Program-made: the position numbers and the translations under genes
Shown here: positions 1-11,809 of the stretch, one piece after another
Position numbering within the stretch: the first letter of the stretch is position 1
How the letters are laid out: each line of letters starts with the position of its first letter
The notes under the pieces: model-generated
Told to the model about the DNA's origin: nothing
Databases searched by the model: none
What the model saw: the letters and a program-made list of their open reading frames with translations, nothing else
Source: Adineta vaga
Taxonomy: Eukaryota; Animalia; Rotifera
Assembly: GCA_021613535.1 (NCBI GenBank)
Contig: CP075495.1
Coordinates: forward strand, 992,001 to 1,056,000
Direction of reading: 5' to 3'
DNA: 64,000 nucleotides

Positions 1-640
1 CACATGTTACTACTTCTTTATCTTTTGCATGAGGATTGGCAAGTCGAAATGCATCTTGATAATTCCATTCTTCTCTTATTAATTGAGTTAAATCAAAATG
101 AGGTTTTTCCCAACTCGATTTCTCACGTTTATGTACAATCATATTTTGATAATAATTGTCTGAATAATCATCTCGCGTCAAAGCATTCATATCACCCATG
201 AGAATATCGATATTATGTTTTACGGGATCAAATTCTTTTATTTGTGCTAATCGATCATCTTCATCGATATGATCAAGATGTGTCACAGCAAATGATCGAT
301 CTTGAACAAATGGATGATCACCACCAAGACGACATTGAAGCATTGCTCTTTTTTCACCTGGACATGATAAAATACCTATTTGATTGGAATGAGAAATAAT
401 AGGATGTTGGGATGCAATTCCATTGGAAAGAAACCATTCATCACATTTTCCTATAATGGAATTTTTTAAACCAAGTTGTTCACAGAATTGATGCCAATGA
501 TAATCATTATTTATTTCTTGAACTGCAATTAAATCCAATTGAAGTGGTTGAAGAACTGAAACTAAACTATTAATATTTTTAGAGTACGTAGCAAGGCGAA
601 ATTGATGAATATTAACTGTCGCTATTCGAAATGTAGACAT
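1..640 (-). CDS. Endonuclease/exonuclease/phosphatase (EEP) family protein, 3' end runs off the window
   Basis: Not in the ORF track. My minus-strand translation from ATG 640 is open to position 1: MSTFRIATVNIHQF...LDLIAVQE...FAVTHLDH...ILMGDMNAL...YQDAF. The N, QE, H and GDxN motifs are in EEP order. Confidence 0.85.
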   Translation of the reverse strand, partial: MSTFRIATVNIHQFRLATYSKNINSLVSVLQPLQLDLIAVQEINNDYHWHQFCEQLGLKNSIIGKCDEWFLSNGIASQHPIISHSNQIGILSCPGEKRAMLQCRLGGDHPFVQDRSFAVTHLDHIDEDDRLAQIKEFDPVKHNIDILMGDMNALTRDDYSDNYYQNMIVHKREKSSWEKPHFDLTQLIREEWNYQDAFRLANPHAKDKEVVTC

Positions 641-1592
641 TCTAGGAAGTGAAATTTTCTGTTAAGATTCGACAACATATAATATTTATGAATTTTATTT
701 TATTAGTTCCAATGTCATAACCAATGAGAAGAAAGATAAGTAAACGTCGCCAGTTTTTCTAACTGCAACAATGCTATGTTGACTATATTGACCTCTTTCT
801 ATTGTCTCTCTGATACAATTAAATATTCAAAAAATATCTTCGACAAAAAAAGCAATGAAATTGAATTTTAGAGATACATTTTGATTAGATGAACAACAAT
901 ATTTTGATCTTACATGTCGTCTTTATTCCTTCAGTGTATATAATCTTCATGTAATCAAAAGTATAGGGATATATTCAACTGAGAAGTACATATCGAGGAA
1001 ACGTCATGAGATGTTCTTCTCCTCCGATTCTCAGAATTCCTTCATATTTTGTTTCATATGTGGAAAATAGTGACGAATTTCATGAAAATTTCATCAAATC
1101 ATTTAGAGTTTTACAAGAATATTGAAACATCTGGATTGATTGTCTTATTAAATAATTGTTTATTTTTAATAAATTAACATCCTGTTTGATATGAAATCTC
1201 GAATAGTTTATAATTATATTTTTCGAGGAAATTAATTTCACTTGAAGTAGAAAAGGAAAGATGATTTATCATACATCTTATGTTAATCAACTATTTTCTG
1301 TTCTTGTTTTTCTTTTTTTGTATAACTCTCGAAAAATATTATTTTCATTTCTAATATAATGTGTACCTATTCTAACAAAAATTGAGTCAATTGGAATTCT
1401 GATATTTGAGAGAATTGTTTTAATCCTAAAAACAAGTCGTATATTGAAATAATAAAGTAAAATCTTGTGTCTTAGATAGAATCAGAGAATTGATTGAAAA
1501 GAATAGTTAAGAATATAGATTTAGTATGAGAGGAAATTAGTTTTATATTTAAGATTATATATATTCTCTCTTATTCAAATAAATAAATTATC

Positions 1593-2600
1593 ATGTCTAA
1601 CATATCATCTATTAACATTGGAGCTGAACAATTAAATACAGCAGCATCATTATGTGTTTTAATTTTATCCTTAATAAGTATTATACCTGGTGGAATTGGA
1701 TTAATATTCAATATATTAATTTTTACTCGACCAATATTACGAAACGAAGGATGTGTTGTTTATTTCTTTTGTTCAACATGTTTTAGTGTATTTATTGTTC
1801 TTATTATGCAACCTATTCGTGTTATTGCAGCTAGTTTTAATAAAGATCTAGCTAATTATAATCTTGGTATTTGTAAACTACAATGGTTTGCTTTATATAG
1901 TACACGTTCAATTGCATCTTGGTTAATTGTCTTTGCTTGTATGGATCGATTTTTTCATAGTTCAATAAATGTAAAAATTCGTCAATTAAGTTCATTAAAA
2001 ACAGCAAGAATTATTGTTTTGATTAGTAGTATTTTAATTTATATATTATATATTCATATGATTATCTATTATGAAATTATCTATGGTCTTGATCGTTTTG
2101 GTAATATATCTCCATCATGTGGAGCTCAACAAGGTATTTATCGAAAATTTTTTGGATTTTGGAATATGATTATGTATTCACTTTGTCCTTGTTCTTTAAT
2201 GTTCACTTTTGGATTGTTAACATTGAAAAATGTTCGTCAATATCGATCTATTATTCCAGTAATGAATGATGCAACACGAATTGCTCGACGAACAGATATT
2301 CAACTTTTACGTATGTTAACTGCTCAAGTATTTATCACAATTCTCTTTACATTACCAACAGCATTGAATGATTTATATGCATCATTTACAAGTAGTTGGA
2401 TAAGAGATACATTTCAAGTAGCACAATTGAATCTATTAGGTCGTGTGACTGGAATTATACCATATTTTGCTCATTCAACTACTTTTTATTTATATACATT
2501 AACGGGATCAATTTTTCGTCGAGAACTTTTCAGAATCTTTCGACGATTTTTACATTCTAATCGAATCGTTCCTCCGACAATTCCAGGTGGAACTCGTTAA
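1593..2600 (+). CDS. Rhodopsin-like (class A) GPCR, intronless
   Basis: Seven hydrophobic segments, CK at the start of TM3, ACMDRF (DRY-like), FYLYTL in TM7 and an FRREL helix 8. Confidence 0.9.
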   Translation: MSNISSINIGAEQLNTAASLCVLILSLISIIPGGIGLIFNILIFTRPILRNEGCVVYFFCSTCFSVFIVLIMQPIRVIAASFNKDLANYNLGICKLQWFALYSTRSIASWLIVFACMDRFFHSSINVKIRQLSSLKTARIIVLISSILIYILYIHMIIYYEIIYGLDRFGNISPSCGAQQGIYRKFFGFWNMIMYSLCPCSLMFTFGLLTLKNVRQYRSIIPVMNDATRIARRTDIQLLRMLTAQVFITILFTLPTALNDLYASFTSSWIRDTFQVAQLNLLGRVTGIIPYFAHSTTFYLYTLTGSIFRRELFRIFRRFLHSNRIVPPTIPGGTR

Positions 2601-3287
2601 GATTGAATGAAATAAAGATGTTATCGTCAACTATGTTATTATTTTATGACGATAACTATTTGCTATATCTTTTCTTTCTATGTCTTCTACGTATATACAT
2701 AGTTCTTCGTTTCTGTATTATATGTATTGTGCTCTTGATCATCATGTACCCATAATAATCTACTTTTTTTTGTCTAGACGCTCTTTTCCTTGTTTATATA
2801 AACAGTTGTTTTCCTCTCTTTGTGTTCTGTTGATGTGATTTTCTTTTTTTTCAAATTATTATATTGATTTTCATCATTTCATGTTATGGTAGATAGATTT
2901 TCTATTGTGAGAATCCGAGACATTACATGTCTTTGTTTCTTATTTTCAACATGGAAAATGAAATAATTGCTAAGAGAATTTCAAGAAATAAAATAAAATT
3001 TATGATAAATTCTACAAATACAATATTATGATCTGTTACTCTTTCTGTATCAATTGAATTAAATAAAAATGAGGATTTTCCCAACTATAGAATTCTAACG
3101 TTTCTATTTCAATCGAATTCAAATTAACGGTGATTTATTTTCATTCTGTTCACATGTACTTATTCTTTTCTCTCTTTTTCTTGACTGATATATATATATA
3201 GATAGATGTAACTGTTTCTTTCCTTTTCAAATTTCATTTATTTATACATATTTAATTTATCTATTATTTTTCTTGTTCTTGTTTAGA

Positions 3288-5000
3288 ATGATCCAATTCG
3301 AATCTTTACCAAATGAATTATTACTAAATCTATTCGAATATTTCAAAACTATTGAATTATTTCAAATCTTCTATGGTTTAAATTCTCGTTTCAATATTTT
3401 ACTTTATAATTATTATCGAAATTATCATCTTGATTTCCGATTCATATCAAAACGTGATTTTCTCATATTTTCTGATCATCATCTTCCACAAATAATTAAT
3501 CATATTGTTTCTCTTCGAATTGGTGATGAATATGAAACACCAGGTCTTCCATATATCTTTCATTTTCTTGGATATTCACTTCGAGAATTTATTCATTTAC
3601 AATATCTTTCATTACATGATATTGAATTATCAATATTTATTGAATATTTCAATGATATTTCACAATTAAATAATCTTATTTCATTAACAATTACAAATTG
3701 TAATATTTCATTTTATGAAACAAAAGAAATGAATTTCTTTAATCAAATTTGGTTATTACCAAAATTAAAATATTTTCATATTAATACTGATTATCTTAAA
3801 TATATAAATAATTTTCAAATAAATCATCATTCATCAACACTTGAACATATATATATTCATACATCATGTGAATTTTCATATTATAATCTTATTAATATAA
3901 TTGAATATACATCAAATCTTCAATATATTTCTATGTCAATTGAAGCATTAAATAAATATGAAATGTTAACATTTAATTTATCATCAATTATAAATCTTAA
4001 ACTTAAATATCGTGGTGAAACAAATATATTAAAAAATCTTTTACAAAATACACCAAATCTTCAAGAATTACATATTCGAATGATGAATACTTATTTAACT
4101 GGACATGAATGGAAAGAAATTATAAAAAATTATTTACCATGTTTAAAAATCTTAAATTTTCAAATCTGTATACGTTATTTACCAAATGAAAATGTAAAAA
4201 TTCCATATGATGAATTTTTAAATACATTTCGAACATCATTTTGGCTTGATGAACATCAATGGTATATTTGTAGTGATAAATATCCAGATGGTTTTATTAT
4301 TTTCTATACATTACCATCATATTTTTCTGAAACAACTTCAATGATTGTTTTACAACAAAAATCAACATGTCCATTAGAAAAAAAACAATGGTTATTGAAT
4401 AAAATTAAACGTTTACATTGTAGTTCATATAATGATAAATATCCATATGAAATTTCGACATATTTTTCTAATATAAATGATTTAAATATTGATTTACCAT
4501 TAACAAATCGAACATGGAATAGTATTTTAACATTTAATAATTTAACATCATTAACTGTTCATATTGGACGAGGAAAAGATGAATCATTTGATCTTCAACG
4601 AATTCTTAATCAATCATTTCATCTTTATTCATTAACAATATATGAATTAATAAAAAAAGAATATTCAATTATTTTTCAATTAATAAGTTCATCAATTCGT
4701 CGATTAAAATTTCAAACAAATAATTTATATCCATGTTATTTTAATAAAGATGATTGTATTTTATTTACACAATCATCACTTGGAAAACAATGTGAAGTTC
4801 TTTTTATTTCTCTTGAAGATTTACAATGTGTTGAATATCTTATGAATATGTTAAATAAACTTCGAACAATAACAATTAAAATTAATTATAATTCTTATCT
4901 TAAAGAATATTCAATACAAAATCAACAAATTGATTTAATTAATCAACAACTTCAAAGACTCTTTCAAGAATATCAAAACTTATGGACATATTCAAATTAG
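3288..5000 (+). CDS. F-box-like / leucine-rich-repeat protein
   Basis: N-terminal FESLPNELLLNLFEY...FYGLNSRFN F-box-like motif, then degenerate LxxLxL repeats. ATG at 3288 follows a TTTAG acceptor-like site; the ORF-track start at 3273 is a TTG. Confidence 0.8.
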   Translation: MIQFESLPNELLLNLFEYFKTIELFQIFYGLNSRFNILLYNYYRNYHLDFRFISKRDFLIFSDHHLPQIINHIVSLRIGDEYETPGLPYIFHFLGYSLREFIHLQYLSLHDIELSIFIEYFNDISQLNNLISLTITNCNISFYETKEMNFFNQIWLLPKLKYFHINTDYLKYINNFQINHHSSTLEHIYIHTSCEFSYYNLINIIEYTSNLQYISMSIEALNKYEMLTFNLSSIINLKLKYRGETNILKNLLQNTPNLQELHIRMMNTYLTGHEWKEIIKNYLPCLKILNFQICIRYLPNENVKIPYDEFLNTFRTSFWLDEHQWYICSDKYPDGFIIFYTLPSYFSETTSMIVLQQKSTCPLEKKQWLLNKIKRLHCSSYNDKYPYEISTYFSNINDLNIDLPLTNRTWNSILTFNNLTSLTVHIGRGKDESFDLQRILNQSFHLYSLTIYELIKKEYSIIFQLISSSIRRLKFQTNNLYPCYFNKDDCILFTQSSLGKQCEVLFISLEDLQCVEYLMNMLNKLRTITIKINYNSYLKEYSIQNQQIDLINQQLQRLFQEYQNLWTYSN

Positions 5001-5099
5001 ATAATTAGATTTTTCTTTGTTTTTATATAGATGATCAGAATTTGTTTAGTTTTTTAGGTATTTATTTTTTTAGTAAATAACACAATAAAGAATAATATT

Positions 5100-6970
5100 T
5101 AGTTAATGATTGAAAATTTAATCTATTTAAAGTTTTGATAAAAAAGAAATTCATCTATCATTCCATAGAATTGTTCTTTACTTAGAATTCTAAATGCACA
5201 AATTGACGAGTTTGACGTAGGTATATTACCCAATGTAATACTATTTGATCTATTAGATCCACTATAAATAAATGTACTCATTGAACCAATAAATGTTCCA
5301 TTTATCCATAAATCAAGTCCATTAATTGGATTATAAGTAGTAACTAAATGAGTTCAAGTATTTAATGGAATAATAGGACCAATAACTGAATTAATAGAGT
5401 AACCATTTCAATTCTGTACAACGATATGTTCTGATGTTTTAAAACCAATGATTGGAATACACGAAGGTCTTCTTAATGTTCTAAAAATAAGTTATAAAAA
5501 TTAGAATGAACAAAAAAGTATAAAACATCTCTATAAATCTGTACTCGCTACTCATATAAAGAATGATTCCGTCGATTGAATGTTTCTTTATCCATAATGC
5601 AAATGAATAAGCTCTATTTCCTGTAATTGAAGGAGTTAAAGCAGATATTTGAAAAATATCATCATCTCGATTAAATTGTATAGCTTGATTAACACGTCCA
5701 TTAACGAAAGTTATTTCTCCGATAATTAACTATCGAAGAAAAAACAAAAGTTTTTTGAAAATTTCATTTTTTTACCTTACCCCATGAATACGATTCGGAC
5801 CTGAATCAAAATTGGTTGACCGTCTATCAAATGGATAAGAAGCTATAAGTGTTGCATCTGTTAATATTTCTTTTGCATCTTTTAACCGAGATATGTATGA
5901 TAATGAACCGATGAGACCATCCCAAAACGAAGTAAATCCAGTAGGACCAGGGTCATATGATGAACCAATTGCAATATAAGCTTGAGTTGCTAAAAATGGA
6001 GTACGTGATAATCCTATACAATCAAGCATTCCATTTAAATATAGATATTGAACGCGATTAGAGTAATTATAAACAAAAGCTAAATGATGCCATCTATCTG
6101 TAGTTATATTTGTTGTACCTAAAGAGTACATGTTACCAAAGTCGAAATATAATTTATAAGAATATATAGAAATAGATAAACAATATCCAGCTGTATATAT
6201 CTGACATATTCTTACTAAAAACCTGAATTCATCATCTAGAAAAATGTCTTAAAAGATGTAATCATCAAACATATCTTTTTCAAATACTTAAATTAATTGG
6301 ATAAATCCACATTTGCCAAGTAAAATTCGTATATGTCATGTTCAGATAGTATGGAATAATAAAATATTGAGAATGTCTACTTTGAAAAGAAGCAGCGATT
6401 CCACGATCAGCATAACCAGGAGACACAATACTTGCATTATTGAATGTATTACCTTGATAAGTCGTGCATATGTCACTAACACTCGAAGGAAATGACCAAC
6501 ACATTTCATATCGTGCTGGTGTCAGTGCTTAAAAAACCTTATCTGAATAGATGATATTTTCAATACTAAGAAACATACTTGTAGTCGTACTACTCATATT
6601 AATAGCTATGAAATATAGAACAAATAATTAAATATGAAGAAAATAAAACCAATCTTACAAGAAGATGTCATTGTTGGTAGAGAAACTATTTCTGTCATTT
6701 CTGATGAATTTTTATTTTTACTAAATACTACAACGCAAGTAATAGTAATTGATAGAATGACAATACTAGCAATAATAATCGTTATTATGTAAATAACACG
6801 ATGACTCAATTTTCTATGTCTTGGATTTTGAATTGGCTCTTGATTATTCTGATTATGTTTTCTGTTGACATGTCTAACTCGTGGTAGACCGTCTATAAAA
6901 TGAGCAGGATATGGAGGTCGATTGTCTTCATACGGTTATTCATCAGTATATCTATTTTGTTGTATTCTCA
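5100..6970 (-). pseudogene. Disrupted type II membrane protein with LamG/ConA-like (pentraxin-like) domains
   Basis: TM segment (6606-6809), then FTWQMWIYP, WHHLAFVY..QYLYLNG and GPIIPLNT*THLV. In-frame TGA at 5354-5356 where Trp is expected, plus a frameshift and stop near 6870-6940. Boundaries approximate. Confidence 0.7.
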
Positions 6971-7146
6971 GTACACGAAAAAAGTAAAAATGATTTGAAC
7001 AAGAATAAAATTCCAATTTTAAATTCTTTGTTTTTTTTTCAAGTAAATTCTATTTGATTAGAAATTGTTTTTCGAAGAGAAAGCTTTCAAGACTACTTCA
7101 ATTGATGTATATACGTTTCTTTCTTTATTTTTTAATTATTATAACT

Positions 7147-8176
7147 TTATGAATGTGTTGAAAGATCATGAATTTGTTTAGTTTTAAAAAAATTCATAAA
7201 GTTCCGTCGAAATCCACGATTGGTAGTTAATGATACATAAAAACTTGAAGTAAAAAAAGTATATGACATTAGATTAACTACTTCCGATGTGATACTTTCG
7301 ACAGCTATTTGATATGGTGATTTTTTTTGATTCTGTGTAAGATTTAAATAGATAAGATATGTTGCATAAGGAATTCGTGTAATTAATGCAATACTTAATT
7401 GAACTAAAAGCATTACTGTCAATTGCGTATCGATCTGTTGACTAAGTGTTTGTTTTACAATTGTTCTTTGTGGAGGAGAAGGATTTCCAAGATTAATATG
7501 TCGATGTGTAATTTCTCGAACACTTCGTAATATTAAAATTCCAAGAATAATCATAACAATTGGTGTACCCATTGCTGTAATACATGCTTCAATATAATTA
7601 TCAAATGTTGCATATATTCCTGGCATAGGAATACATTTTCCATTTATTATACTATATAAAATAAGTCGATGACCAAAAAAGATTAACCAAAAAATAACAC
7701 ATCCACTTGCTAATTTATACGTTAAATCATGACGATTACTCCATTTACGATATTCTAAACGAATTCGAAATAGAAAAAATAAAAACGCGAAGAAAAGTTT
7801 TCAATTTACTTAATGAACGTTGTAAAGATAAAATTCGATCAATTGTTCCTAAAGTAAATAATGTTAAAGATACAACATGATTCCAAACAGAATCAAATTG
7901 TCGAATTTTACAAAGAATATCATATCGTGTTGTTATTGGTATTTGAAATCCACGTTGTAATAATCGTGTTAATAATAAAAAATCAAAATAAATTAAATTT
8001 GATATAGATTCTAATAAAAAATAAATTGAATAAGCACGTTGACGAAATGATCGACAACTAAATACAATTATATTTCCAAAACAACCAATATTTCCTGCTA
8101 TCAAATAAAAACAACCAATATAAATATTCAATTGATATGGAACTAATAATAATATATCAACTATTGTTGAATTCAT
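7147..8176 (-). CDS. Rhodopsin-like GPCR, two exons
   Basis: ORFs 7745-8197 and 7147-7626 join across GT-AG intron 7755-7809 (QRSLK|YRKWS). Motifs GN in TM1, LCKIR, TIDR and SFYV...FRR. Confidence 0.85.
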
Positions 8177-8682
8177 CTTCAAATGAATATGATTCAAAAG
8201 AAAAGAAATAAAATTCTTTTATAATATGTCATTCATGTGTATTTAATTAAAAATGAAATTAAAAATATGATATTCTTTTTTTACACAATATCATTAACAT
8301 ATGACAGGATACTCTATTATGCACTTTGTCTGTTTAAGACACATTCACGTAATGAAAGATTAGCAAATCAGTTTTTTTTCCTTGGCAGTTTTGAAAATTT
8401 TATTAAATGTCATTTTCAGATGATTGCTTTTCTTTATATAGAATCTTCAAGTTTCATGTCAAAACTCATAATACTTCAACTATTATATACTTACATGATG
8501 TTCTATTATGTATACTGTCACGGCCTGGAAATATTTTCTTGTAAACATGTCTCATTACTATTTTAATTGAATGAAATAAATACGAAATTCATCATTCTGA
8601 TGATACTTACTTGAACACGAACAAAATGATTTCTATAAATAAATTTTATTTTGAGAAGAAAAGAATCTGTTACGGTATAGTT

Positions 8683-10138
8683 TTAATCTAGAAGTGTTTC
8701 ATATTTTTGAATTCGATGATTTTTATAATCAGCAACGTAAAGATGTCCGTCAGAATCAAATGATAAACCAGTAGGACCATTCAATTGATTTGATTCATTT
8801 CCTTCGGCAATGATCAATCCTTCCGTATTATCTTCACACCAAACCATAATTCGATCATTTCCATAATCGGCTACAAAAACTTCATTCCATTGGTTAACGA
8901 ATAATCCTTCAGGTGAAGACAATTGATTGAGATCATTACCTTCACCGTTTCCACCAGCAACAATGACACCTTGTTTTGCATTCTTTCTCCATTTTATCAA
9001 TCGATGATTATCTCGATCTGAAATATAAATCGATTGTTCATCATCAACAAAGATAAAAGTAGGAAAATTAAGTTGATTGAGTTTATTTCCTTGTCCGATT
9101 CCACCTGCTACCATTTTCCCGACTTTTCCACCTAATTTCCATTGTCTCACTTCGTTCTTCGAACAATTAGAAACATAAAGAAATCCATACTTATACATTG
9201 CTATACTACAACACTTAATATCATGAATGAGAATTTGTTGTTTTCGATCAAACCATCGAATTACTCGTTGATTGTTAAAATCAGCAATAATGAATGAATG
9301 ATTTTCTTTATCTACTATAATATCTGTTGGACAACATAATTGATCAATTTGACTTCCTCGTCCATTTCCTCCTGCTATAATATTACCAAATGGTGCATTA
9401 CATTTCCATTCAAGAATTTGATGATTATTAAAATCAGCGATAAAAATTCCTTGAGGATTTGATAGTTGATAGATTTCTTGTCCTTCTTCATTTCCACCAG
9501 CTACTGTTATTGCTTGGTCTTTCCATTTATTATATTTGAATTCTAACGATAAACAAAAAAAAACGACGTTAAATAACTCGAAGATTTTCATTTGATATTG
9601 AAAATACATTTACTTCTATTCCTTTTATATAGATGATTTTATAGAAATTTTAAAAATAAGAGATTGTGATTGATATTGAATAGAAATCTTGTAAGGATCA
9701 TTAAATTCTGTCTTCGTTTCTATCAATCTTTGTTTCAAATAAATCAAATCAATTTCATTGAATTCATTATCTTTACGAATTTGTTTTAATTGATTTACTA
9801 AATATTGAAATTTTTCTTCACTTTGATCAATAAATATTTTTCTATAATAAATAAGTCTTTTTCGACATTCTTCTGCTCTTTGTTGAATCTTTTCAATTGA
9901 TTCTTTTTCCCCATAGATCAATTTGTTTCATTAATAACGAGTTTTGTGAATTTTGTTTATTCTCAATAATTATTTGTTGAAATTGATTATAATCATTGAT
10001 AATTATATCCAATTCTTCATTCATTTCTTGTCGATGTTCTGTTAAATGTGTAAAACAAAAATCTTTTGAACATCCTCTACAAAGCTATCTGCCTTTTTCT
10101 TTGTGACATATTGAACATTGCAATTTAGTATCTGCCAT
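8683..10138 (-). pseudogene. NHL-repeat protein with N-terminal Cys/His (B-box-like) and coiled-coil region, frameshifted
   Basis: NHL repeats (VAGGNG.G..LNQL..P.G) in 8683-9540 are intact. The 5' exon MADTKLQCSICH / CRGCSKDFCFTHLTEHRQ needs a frameshift near 10085 and another in the G-run near 9910 (expected W-E-K-E-S-I-E-K). Confidence 0.7.
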
Positions 10139-11239
10139 TATTATATACACATATGAAATATATAGTTTGTGAAGATATGCAACTGATATTGATAGAGAAC
10201 AAAAGAGAAAGCTTTTTGTCTTCTAATATTTTAAACCAATCAGTTATAATTCCATGTTTAATTCTTTTCGATCCATATATTTTCAGATTTCTAAGAATAA
10301 CATTAAGATACAATATCAATAGCGTGAATTACTAATCATAATAAAAGCAAATGAAATTTTACTTTGTATTATTTTATTTCGAATAAAGATAATTTATTGA
10401 TAGAACTGATTTTGAGAATTCCATCGAACAACGCGATGATTGCTGTCAACAGTGATATAAATTGCAGCAAAATCACTAAGTTGCTCTTAATGATTACCTT
10501 GTTCATATGCACCAAGCCACAGTATTCCTAACTTCTCATAATTGACTATTGAACAGAGCGAGTCAGGGAAAATTACATTGAGGTAGCGTATGAATCGATG
10601 AATGTCTAATGAAAATATGAATGCGATAATGATCGAAATAATTCGGCGATCTATAGTTCGACAATGTTCTTTTCAATCATGACACATATATTCATTGAGA
10701 AAGATAACCATGAATCAATCTTACAAATAATTAATTGAAATGATGAAAATCGCTGAGTTAATATTACACCAATTGAATATCAGGGGTTTAATTTAGTTGA
10801 GGGTGTCGGGAAGCGATAGAAGAGCATGAAATGTTTTATTCGCTATTGATGTATAACAAAGAATATTCTTTTCGTATTAGATGTTATTGCAACTAACAAT
10901 TACTATTGCTATAATTACGTTCAGGAAGTTAATTCACGCTTGCTTACTACTGCGTTCACAGTCATTCGAATTTAACTTAACATTGGTGCGAATTGTTCCA
11001 TGAGAAATTAAGAAAACTGATTAATTTCAAAACATTTTCTCAAATATCGTATGTAGATATAAATGTTGAGACGATAGGTTCTCATTCTTATTTTATTCTA
11101 CGTTAAAAGGTTTGAATATTTTTTAGATTTACAATCAAGAATAAGTAACATTTGTTGTTTTATTTTTGTTTTCTAATCTCTTTCAATGCTATCAAGTTTG
11201 TCTTCGATCTTTATTTCATTATGGAATACACAAAAGAAT

Positions 11240-11430
11240 ATGCCTGATAATGTCGTTGGAGTTGTCGAAGTCATTTCTTATACTATTTTGTTAATTATAT
11301 AATGAATATTAATATCAAGTGTTATGATAACAATTTTAGTAGCAAAGAAAAACTCAATGATACTTATAACTGAAACAAAAATAACTCGAACAACGACGAC
11401 AATCCAAAAGACTACAATAGAAATCAGAAG
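11240..11430 (+). pseudogene. Relic of the 5' end of the Kelch gene at 24779-26208, inverted
   Basis: Encodes MPDNVVGVVE versus MPDNTVGIVE, and SSVMITILVAKKNSMILITETKITRTTTT versus SSVILTIFVAKKQSIILITETRITRTTTT. No Kelch repeats follow. Confidence 0.8.
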
Positions 11431-11809
11431 TAGGAAAAATGAAACCAAATATCAAAATCTGAGAAAGAATGTGTGATGATAATTGTCATTTAGGATGAAC
11501 AAAAGCAGGAAAAATACATATATCTCGACAATTTCATACAGCAACTGTATTGCTTTTCGAAATTATCATTCGATAGTGCATTGTATAAATGTGATGAAAG
11601 ATTCATCGAATTAATATTGTTAGTATTGAAATTAAATCATATTTAGTTGTTGAATTTGTATCGCAAAATTCTTTGCATAAATTCGAAATTGAAGTTTAAT
11701 GAACTTTGAAGAAATATTGCTTTCCATAAGAGTGACATCTTTACAATGAATACGATTGGATAGATTTTGATCGTAGGATATAAATTTACCTTTGCCAATT
11801 GTTAAACAT

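Noticed and set aside
4-201. 65 aa plus-strand ORF
   Set aside because: It is the antisense shadow of the EEP gene on the minus strand.
8237-8566. 109 aa ORF and similar short Phe/Ile/Lys-rich ORFs (10125-10335, 26098-26340, 27872-28216, 28822-29206, 38611-38811, 60734-60949, 62439-62700)
   Set aside because: No motifs, often non-ATG starts, and composition expected from random AT-rich DNA.
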